This document shows, piece after piece, positions 14,197 through 20,000 of a stretch of 20,000 nt of DNA. The stretch lies in IMG/VR virus record IMGVR_UViG_3300042908_000623, one strand, 5' to 3'. The notes below the pieces were generated by a model that worked only from the letters and a program-made list of their open reading frames with translations, was not told where the DNA came from and made no database searches. Both the position numbers and the translations under genes were made by a program. The first letter of the stretch is position 1. The number at the start of each line of letters is the position of its first letter. Source of the DNA: an uncultured virus (IMG/VR IMGVR_UViG_3300042908_000623) (lineage: Duplodnaviria > Heunggongvirae > Uroviricota > Caudoviricetes).

Positions 14197-14646
14197 ATGA
14201 ATCGAATATTGAACCTCACCCAGCACACACCTACTCCAGAGCAGATCGCCGCCGGAGTGACCTGCGGCGACATCAACGATCTCTCACAGCCGAAAGAAAT
14301 TGCGGCACTCCTGACTTTTGATACGCTTCCCACGCCCGTTGAGGTGCGCCATCGGGCCGAGCGGCTGGCGGAGATCGCCAGCAAAGCTACAACGCTCGTC
14401 GATTACGGCGGAGACTCCGGTCTCTGTGCCAACGAGCGATTCCAGTTTGCGATGATCGGCGGCGCGCCGTACCTGATGGCCCCGCTCGAGTCCGCCCTTC
14501 GTGCGCACGGCATCACGCCTGTGTACGCTTTCAGCGTCCGGGAAAGCGTCGATCAGGTGCAGCCGGACGGCAGCGTCCGCAAGGTTGCCGTGTTCCGTCA
14601 CGCTGGATTCGTCGGCTGCGAGGCTGACGAGACGGACAGTTTCTAA
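14197..14646 (+). CDS. Csx20-like (CARF/Rossmann-related) protein, candidate ring nuclease
   Basis: ILNLTQHTPTPEQ ... AMIGGAPYLMAPLESALRAHGITPVYAFSVRESVD...DGSVRKVAVFRHAGF parallels the Csx20 pattern as I recall it (H-x-x-T-x-x-Q; V-L-I-Q-G; G-x-x-P-V-Y-A-T-T-x-R; K-x-S-x-F-x-H-x-R-F). The ORF is solid; the family call is moderate. Confidence 0.6.
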   Translation: MNRILNLTQHTPTPEQIAAGVTCGDINDLSQPKEIAALLTFDTLPTPVEVRHRAERLAEIASKATTLVDYGGDSGLCANERFQFAMIGGAPYLMAPLESALRAHGITPVYAFSVRESVDQVQPDGSVRKVAVFRHAGFVGCEADETDSF

Positions 14647-14652
14647 ATTTTC

Positions 14653-14687
14653 AAGCCACTTCGATGTAGATCGGAGTGGCTTTTCTT
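14653..14687 (+). terminator. Intrinsic terminator
   Basis: AAGCCACTTCGAT-GTAG-ATCGGAGTGGCTT-TTCTT. Confidence 0.7.
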
Positions 14688-14698
14688 GCGTGGAGGAT

Positions 14699-14866
14699 AT
14701 GATGGAATACAGCGACGACGACATCCGCAACGACGACTACGATCTCGATCGTGATTATCCCGAGGATGATGACGATCGAGAAGAACGCGCCCCGGACGAC
14801 GTTATCCGGCGCGACAATGCAGATTTGATAAATGACTGGCTGCGACGCAGCCGCAGCACCTGGTAG
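14699..14866 (+). CDS. Highly acidic small protein (55 aa)
   Basis: RBS GGAGG; 21 of 55 residues are D/E (MMEYSDDDIRNDDYDLDRDYPEDDDDREE...). Confidence 0.65.
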   Translation: MMEYSDDDIRNDDYDLDRDYPEDDDDREERAPDDVIRRDNADLINDWLRRSRSTW

Positions 14867-14873
14867 GAGGACT

Positions 14874-15794
14874 ATGAGCACAGCAATGACAGCACCCACG
14901 ACACCCGGCCAGATCATCGAAAGCGTTATTACGCGCGGTGATCTAGCCAAGCTCACTGCGGAGGAGCGCACTCGGTACTATTCGGAGGTCTGCCGATCGG
15001 TGGGCCTGAATCCCATGACCCAGCCATTCCAATACATTGAATTGGACGGCAAACTCACCCTTTACGCGCGCAAGGATGCCACCGACCAGCTCCGGCAAAT
15101 TCACGGCATATCGCTGACGATTGTCAGCCGTGAGCAGGTCGGTGACGTGTATGTCGTCACCGCACGGGCAACCACGGCCACAGGTCGCGTTGATGAGAGC
15201 ATCGGCGCGGTGCCCCTGACAAAAGAAAACGGTGAATGGAAAACCGCAGAAAAGAGCGGCAAGCGATATTTTCAAACCAATGGCACGAGCAAGCCGCTGA
15301 CCCATGACGCGATGGCTAACGCGCTTATGAAATGCGAGACCAAAGCCAAGCGGCGCGTCACGTTGTCGATTTGCGGCCTCGGTCTGCTGGATGAGACCGA
15401 ACTGGAAACAATACCAGGTGTACAGCCTGAACCGATGCCAGTATTGCCACCCAAAAAAGCACCACGCGCCATTTCTGAGGCTCCTGCGCCTGTTGTGGCC
15501 GCAGTTGACACCGGACTGGTCGAACAGCTTTCGCAGATCCTCGACGGGCTGGCTGGGTACGACGTTGCCGACGCGCTGATCCTGCAAGGCATCGCGAATA
15601 TGACCGGCCAGCAGTTGTCCGATCTCTCCACCGACTCTATCGGGCTGCTCTCGCCGAAGGAGCTGGAGACGCTGATAACGCGCTACGGCAACCGCCTTGA
15701 GCAGCTCGAGGCAGAGCGCGCCGGGCAGCCTGACCGGCATGCATTCGACGAGCCTACCACACCCGCCGATGACATCGCCGGGCCAACTTTTTAA
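14874..15794 (+). CDS. Single-strand annealing recombinase, RecT/Redbeta-like
   Basis: GDLAKLT.EER..YY..VC.SVGLNP, LYARKDATDQLR..HGIS, ANALMKCETKAKRRVTLSICGLGLLDETE; RBS AGGAGG. Confidence 0.75.
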   Translation: MSTAMTAPTTPGQIIESVITRGDLAKLTAEERTRYYSEVCRSVGLNPMTQPFQYIELDGKLTLYARKDATDQLRQIHGISLTIVSREQVGDVYVVTARATTATGRVDESIGAVPLTKENGEWKTAEKSGKRYFQTNGTSKPLTHDAMANALMKCETKAKRRVTLSICGLGLLDETELETIPGVQPEPMPVLPPKKAPRAISEAPAPVVAAVDTGLVEQLSQILDGLAGYDVADALILQGIANMTGQQLSDLSTDSIGLLSPKELETLITRYGNRLEQLEAERAGQPDRHAFDEPTTPADDIAGPTF

Positions 15795-15818
15795 CCATAC
15801 TATCAGGGGAGGGCAATA

Positions 15819-16301
15819 ATGCTAATAAAATCACAAAACGACGTGCGCGAATTTATGCGCACGTCGTTGATAAACGACCCTATCAAAGCAACCGCTACTT
15901 TTCAAAGTTTTCAGCACATGCGCGATCTCAATTACCCCCCGAAAAATGAGTGGAGATCGAGTCGCGTCGAATTTGAAGCCTACCTAGACACTATGACGGA
16001 TCTGGTATTAAAAGCACCAAACGTGCCTTCATTTAATTCAGATTGGTCGCAGTTTTTTACTCGCTTGGATTGGGCAAGGATCTTTTACTGCACTGAGTTG
16101 CATTATAGGCATCTATGCGCTGCTAGGCTGGGATGCAGAGTTTCAGAAATAGCAGACGCACTCATGATGCCTGGTTATTATCGTCAATGTAGCCAAACGG
16201 AATCTGAATCAGATATTAGTCCGACTCCAGCTCGTGCGAAAATACAGCCGCACTACGCATCTGCAAATTCTAATGATGTAGATGACATGATGTATGACTA
16301 A
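15819..16301 (+). CDS. Hypothetical protein (160 aa), AT-richer than neighbours
   Basis: RBS GGGAGG; visibly lower GC. Confidence 0.65.
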   Translation: MLIKSQNDVREFMRTSLINDPIKATATFQSFQHMRDLNYPPKNEWRSSRVEFEAYLDTMTDLVLKAPNVPSFNSDWSQFFTRLDWARIFYCTELHYRHLCAARLGCRVSEIADALMMPGYYRQCSQTESESDISPTPARAKIQPHYASANSNDVDDMMYD

Positions 16302-16554
16302 CAAACAAGCTCACGCAATCTTTGGTCGACACATTGCCAATGGGCGCGCAGTTCAGCTGCCTGTGCCAACTGGCAGGTCGATACAGGATGTCATCGAAGG
16401 TGAACGACTCTATATCGTAGCTGATCACAACGGACTGCTGGAGTGCGAAGCCGTCGCCACTAAAGTCCATGACATGGGCCCATATCACCTGACATGGCTC
16501 GTGGCTTACGATGGTCGCGCGGTGCGCGTTCGCGCAGAGGACGTGACCGATTAA
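16294..16554 (+). CDS. Hypothetical protein (86 aa)
   Basis: Overlaps the previous stop and fills the gap to the next intergenic hairpin. Confidence 0.6.
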   Translation: MTNKQAHAIFGRHIANGRAVQLPVPTGRSIQDVIEGERLYIVADHNGLLECEAVATKVHDMGPYHLTWLVAYDGRAVRVRAEDVTD

Positions 16555-16597
16555 CAATTCACCACCAGGGGAGGGCAACCTCCCCGAAAGGACAAAA

Positions 16598-16942
16598 ATG
16601 ATTGACGCAACAGATTTCACTCAATACGCGCAGTGTCGCCTTATCCTTGAGGCATTGACTCGCGCTGGCAACCGGCAATCGCAGACTGCACAGGACGCAT
16701 TGGTCGCCAACCGGGATGCCGAGCTTGCCAAATACTACGCACTCCTTGATGCCGTAAATCAGGCGCAGATGGAGTGTGATCGCGCACTGCTGGCGATTGC
16801 GCGCGCGATCTTGGCCAGTGAGAATCCTGGTGACGTCGTAGTGGACACGCTGGATGCAATCAGCATGTACAGTCACGCATATATAGCGTTGGCTCCTGAC
16901 ATCGTGACCGAGCTGACCGCTATTGCACAGGAGGCGCGATGA
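16598..16942 (+). CDS. Hypothetical helical protein (114 aa)
   Basis: RBS AAGGA after hairpin GGGGAGG-GCAA-CCTCCCC; ATGA coupling to dcd. Confidence 0.7.
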   Translation: MIDATDFTQYAQCRLILEALTRAGNRQSQTAQDALVANRDAELAKYYALLDAVNQAQMECDRALLAIARAILASENPGDVVVDTLDAISMYSHAYIALAPDIVTELTAIAQEAR

Positions 16943-17565
16943 TCCGCAGTGACAATTGGTGGCATCAGCACGGGCCACAGATCCTCAACGTTTTCCACGC
17001 TGGTCAGGTGCGGGAAGCTCATAGGCCTGATTATACGCATGGTATTAGTCGGCCTTGTCCGGTCGAGGCAAGGCGCGTCATCAGCTATGGCACGTCGTCA
17101 GCAGGATATGACCTGTCGCTGAGCGTGGCAGGTCTGCAGCTGTTTACGGCTGTTGAGAACGTGGTCATTGACCCAAAGCGTTTTGATGATCAATGTTTGA
17201 CGTCGTTAGAAGTAAAGCACGACAATAAATCTAATGCCTACTACACACTGCCGGCGCACTCGTACGCGCTGGGCGTAAGCCACGAGCGCATCACGATGCC
17301 TGATGATCATCTCGGGCTCGTGATTGGCAAGTCAACTTATGCGCGGTGCGGACTCATCCTCAACACGACACCACTTGAACCCGGCTGGACGGGCCAGCTT
17401 GTGCTTGAGCTGTCCAACGCCACGCCTCTACCGATGCGCGTATATGCGCACGAGGGCATCGGCCAGCTGGTGATGATTGCACTCGACGAGCGTCCTGCTG
17501 TCACGTACGGTGACCGGCAGGGCAAATACCAAGATCAGCGCGGCATTGTGACCGCGCGTGCATAG
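16939..17565 (+). CDS. dcd: dCTP deaminase
   Basis: ISYGTSSAGYDL, IDPKRFD, GKSTYARCG, TPLEPGWTGQLVLELSN, YAHEGIGQL, YGDRQGKYQDQRGI. Confidence 0.95.
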   Translation: MIRSDNWWHQHGPQILNVFHAGQVREAHRPDYTHGISRPCPVEARRVISYGTSSAGYDLSLSVAGLQLFTAVENVVIDPKRFDDQCLTSLEVKHDNKSNAYYTLPAHSYALGVSHERITMPDDHLGLVIGKSTYARCGLILNTTPLEPGWTGQLVLELSNATPLPMRVYAHEGIGQLVMIALDERPAVTYGDRQGKYQDQRGIVTARA

Positions 17566-17573
17566 GGGGAGCG

Positions 17574-17855
17574 ATGGCGGAAAAGTGGGAAGTGGTAAAA
17601 CAACCGTTTGAGCGCGAAATAGTGCGCACCGTTGAATATGGCGTCTTTGCGAAAAATGGCAAAAAGCTGGTAGCCAACGTCACGAGCAGCAAAGATGCGC
17701 TGTTATGTGCAGCATCGCCGCTGATGCTGGAGGCGTTGCAGCGATTGCTCTACCTCATTGAGCGTAACGACAGCGTGACTCACAATATCGAGTATGCGGA
17801 TTCGACCATACTCGACCAAGCACGAGCTGCAATCGCAGCTGCGAAGGGGGAGTGA
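17574..17855 (+). CDS. Hypothetical phage protein (AAAPELLEAL-type family)
   Basis: DALLCAASPLMLEALQRLL...ARAAIAAAKGE, a motif common in phage early genes. Confidence 0.7.
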   Translation: MAEKWEVVKQPFEREIVRTVEYGVFAKNGKKLVANVTSSKDALLCAASPLMLEALQRLLYLIERNDSVTHNIEYADSTILDQARAAIAAAKGE

Positions 17856-17956
17856 TGGCGCGCAATTAAACACGTTCGAAATTTCGTGTTTGATTTCGTG
17901 TTTCATTAACGGAGTTTGAAACGCTTTTCAGGCTCCACAAAATCAGGAGGACAATT

Positions 17957-18094
17957 ATGCAGACACAGAACGACAACAACCAGAAACCAGAGCGCGTGAT
18001 TCGCATACAGATGCGCACGTTGATCTGGATTGGCATCATTATCGGCATCATCGCAGGGCAGACGATTCTTGCCACGCTTGGAGGTGTGCGCTAA
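17957..18094 (+). CDS. Small membrane protein (45 aa)
   Basis: RBS AGGAGG; LIWIGIIIGIIAGQTILATL. Confidence 0.65.
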   Translation: MQTQNDNNQKPERVIRIQMRTLIWIGIIIGIIAGQTILATLGGVR

Positions 18095-18252
18095 TGGATT
18101 ACGTGATCATCTATCTACTGGCAACGACGTTTCCACTGGGGCTATTCCTGATAACACGGAAAAGCGAAACCACAGGCTGGAAACTGTTTGCGCTCGTCAC
18201 GATGGCCCTCATCGGTTGGCTGGGCTGGCTCAGATTCGGAGGTGGCGCGTGA
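18094..18252 (+). CDS. Small two-TM protein (52 aa)
   Basis: TAATG coupling, RBS GGAGGTG; MDYVIIYLLATTFPLGLFLI...WKLFALVTMALIGWLGWL. Confidence 0.6.
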   Translation: MDYVIIYLLATTFPLGLFLITRKSETTGWKLFALVTMALIGWLGWLRFGGGA

Positions 18253-18332
18253 CAAAACAAGAGCATCCACTCCCGATCTTTCTCTTTTGCACAGGACTCG
18301 CGCTACTCGTTTATTTTCTGGCTATCTGGTAG
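18249..18332 (+). CDS. Small membrane peptide (27 aa)
   Basis: GTGA coupling, RBS GGAGGTGG; MTKQEHPLPIFLFCTGLALLVYFLAIW. Confidence 0.5.
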   Translation: MTKQEHPLPIFLFCTGLALLVYFLAIW

Positions 18333-18352
18333 ATGGCCACAACAGGAGAACG

Positions 18353-18817
18353 ATGAAACTGATAATTGCTTCAATACTCGTGATAGTCGCACTGGCTATT
18401 CCCGCCCACGCTCAGTCATTCGACGCACCTGGAGGGCCGGTGTGCGTCTATCGGCCAGAGACGATCACCACACAGCAGCCACTGCGCCGATCCGTAATCG
18501 TCCAGGGCAGAGCATACGGATACCTCCAGCCGGTAGACGCTGTGCAATACCTGCGCGTCGTCGGCGGATCGCGTGATGCGTTTTTTCAGCACGAGTCCGC
18601 ATCAGCTGCGGTGCAATACTCGATTGCCGGATCGCCGATCATCGGTGACATTCGGTTGGCAGCGTGGCACGACGACGCGCCGAATATGTCACTGGGTGGA
18701 CTCGTGCGCGCGTACTCGATCAGCGGCAACCCGCAGCAGCGCGCGTATTTCGGATTGTGGCTTGTGCGCGTCGTGGAATCGGCATTTAACGACGGCTGCA
18801 ACGGAGGTGCAAGATGA
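18353..18817 (+). CDS. Secreted/periplasmic protein (154 aa)
   Basis: RBS AGGAG; Sec signal MKLIIASILVIVALAIPAHA-Q. Confidence 0.75.
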   Translation: MKLIIASILVIVALAIPAHAQSFDAPGGPVCVYRPETITTQQPLRRSVIVQGRAYGYLQPVDAVQYLRVVGGSRDAFFQHESASAAVQYSIAGSPIIGDIRLAAWHDDAPNMSLGGLVRAYSISGNPQQRAYFGLWLVRVVESAFNDGCNGGAR

Positions 18818-18897
18818 TTATCGTCGGTGGATTTATCGCTGCGCTTCTGTGGATATGGTGGACGAGAGACGATGGAAGCGACGGCGGAGGATTCTGA
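18814..18897 (+). CDS. Small membrane peptide (27 aa)
   Basis: ATGA coupling, RBS GGAGGTG; MIIVGGFIAALLWIWWTRDDGSDGGGF. Confidence 0.5.
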   Translation: MIIVGGFIAALLWIWWTRDDGSDGGGF

Positions 18898-18932
18898 GGA
18901 TAAGCGCGTGGCCAGTTTGGCCATACTAACCC

Positions 18933-18971
18933 ATAGGACGGCTTGCAATAATCGATTGTAGGCCGTCCTAT
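18933..18971. terminator. Long hairpin between convergent operons (probable terminator)
   Basis: ATAGGACGGCTTGCAAT-AATCG-ATTGTAGGCCGTCCTAT, a 17-bp stem with two G-U pairs on the + strand. Confidence 0.65.
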
Positions 18972-18984
18972 TGCGTTTTAGGGG

Positions 18985-19425
18985 CTATGTCGTGGCAATC
19001 GTGACACCCTGCTGGGCGCAGATAGTCCCAAGTTCAAGCGTGTACGCGCCGCCATTGCTATCAATTGCCACAATATCGTAGACGTACTCCTGCCCCGGTG
19101 TGATTAATGCGGTCTGCGTTTTGCTGGCAATCACTGCCAGCTCGATCGAATTGCCGTTCGTATTGCCGTCGATTATATGGCCGGTTGCGGTCGAGGTGCC
19201 GGTGATCGAAACCTGAAAGATCGCCGCGGCATCCGTATCGGTCGCCGACGCTTTCACCGTCCAGTAAACTTTGCTGATCGTCACGCCTGCCGACAGGCCT
19301 GTGTAAACTCGCGTGATCTCCCAGGTATCACCCGCCACCAGCCGCCACAAATAGACGTTTGATTTTGTCAGCGGTGATAACGCAATGGTGCGCGAGTCTG
19401 CCGCCAGTGTCTGATCGTGTGCCAT
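18985..19425 (-). CDS. Virion-associated beta-sandwich protein (BppU N-terminal-like)
   Basis: AGDTWEI, YWTVK, SKTQTALI...YVYDI...YTLELGTI...GVT pattern; located in the tail gene cluster. Confidence 0.65.
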   Translation of the reverse strand: MAHDQTLAADSRTIALSPLTKSNVYLWRLVAGDTWEITRVYTGLSAGVTISKVYWTVKASATDTDAAAIFQVSITGTSTATGHIIDGNTNGNSIELAVIASKTQTALITPGQEYVYDIVAIDSNGGAYTLELGTICAQQGVTIATT

Positions 19426-19643
19426 TATTCTGCCTCCAGTCTGTACGTGGTGACGATCTCGGGGCTGTACGGATCGGCAATGACAAGCGGTGTGCGCGCT
19501 CGATCGTGCGTGTAGATGTCGTCAGCCTGTTCGCGAGTCAGCCATTTTGTTTTGGTAAGCAACTCCACTTCACGAATAGTCATTGTGCCAGCAATCCACC
19601 GTGCCAACGTGCGACGGTATACAGGGGTCGGATCAATCATCAT
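19425..19643 (-). CDS. Small tail-region protein (XkdX-like position)
   Basis: Coupled to both neighbours; KWLTREQADDI. Confidence 0.55.
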   Translation of the reverse strand: MMIDPTPVYRRTLARWIAGTMTIREVELLTKTKWLTREQADDIYTHDRARTPLVIADPYSPEIVTTYRLEAE

Positions 19644-19870
19644 GCGCCTCCATCCATCAGCATATCAGTCACCAGCTCGAGAGCCTCGAGGCGTTCATCA
19701 AAAGTTGGAAAAACTGGAATGATGGCCTCAACGTCAGGCGGATCGGCAATATTGCCAAGAGCCACCCACGCTAAATAATCCCGATAATCGCCATTCGATA
19801 AATCCATTGGAATCGAGGTTGAACCATCGCGAATAATAAACCCATTTGTAGTCAATTTGTATCGAGGCAT
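19640..19870 (-). CDS. Tail-fibre-associated/assembly chaperone-like protein
   Basis: IPMDLSNGDYRDYLAWVALGN...DERLEALE; follows a gene ending in SAEL. Confidence 0.6.
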   Translation of the reverse strand: MPRYKLTTNGFIIRDGSTSIPMDLSNGDYRDYLAWVALGNIADPPDVEAIIPVFPTFDERLEALELVTDMLMDGGA

Positions 19871-20000
19871 TTACAACTCCGCTGAGACGACAACGTAGGC
19901 AAAAGTACCAGAGTTTGCGTCCTGAAATAGGCCAGCTGTGCCGGAAGTGAGATCGGCGGCTGTTCGAGTTGCCTGCATATGCAAGGCGTTCCGCGATATT
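19871..20000 (-). CDS. C-terminus of probable tail fibre protein (partial)
   Basis: ...AGLFQDANSGTFAYVVVSAEL*, a typical tail fibre ending, directly followed by the next ATG. Confidence 0.55.
   Translation of the reverse strand, partial: ISRNALHMQATRTAADLTSGTAGLFQDANSGTFAYVVVSAEL

Noticed and set aside
14943..15740. 265-aa minus-strand ORF
   Set aside because: Antisense shadow of the recombinase gene with no recognisable motifs.
17866..17925. Short ATTTCGTGTTT duplication and weak hairpin
   Set aside because: Too short and weak to assign as an operator or terminator.

Overview
Segment of a tailed dsDNA bacteriophage genome (by eye about 55-60% GC, host unknown). It appears to cover the whole non-structural region. 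Distal tail genes lie at the right end (minus strand) and converge on a rightward early operon (many small hypothetical genes, a Csx20-like protein, a RecT/Redbeta-like recombinase, dcd). A divergent leftward arm carries an Xis/Cro-like HTH gene, a structured-RNA region, a lambda-O-like initiator with internal 23-bp iterons, a loader-like protein, a VRR-NUC nuclease, a DHFR-Zn-finger fusion and thyX. A late operon follows, with holin-like and lipoprotein genes, terS, terL and a >=745-aa portal-MuF fusion that is missing from the ORF track because it runs off the left edge. The most striking region is a cassette between folA and thyX (about 5750-8457). There, a 4-TM membrane gene carries a canonical -1 frameshift signal (C CCA AAA, 6-nt spacer, GC stem) that would append a 181-aa extension. 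The cassette also holds six exact, co-oriented CCACGTGTGG sites falling in different genes and frames, next to an LmbU/ParB-HTH-like plus wHTH protein. No integrase or CI-type repressor is visible. All family assignments come from motif recognition by eye; no searches were run.
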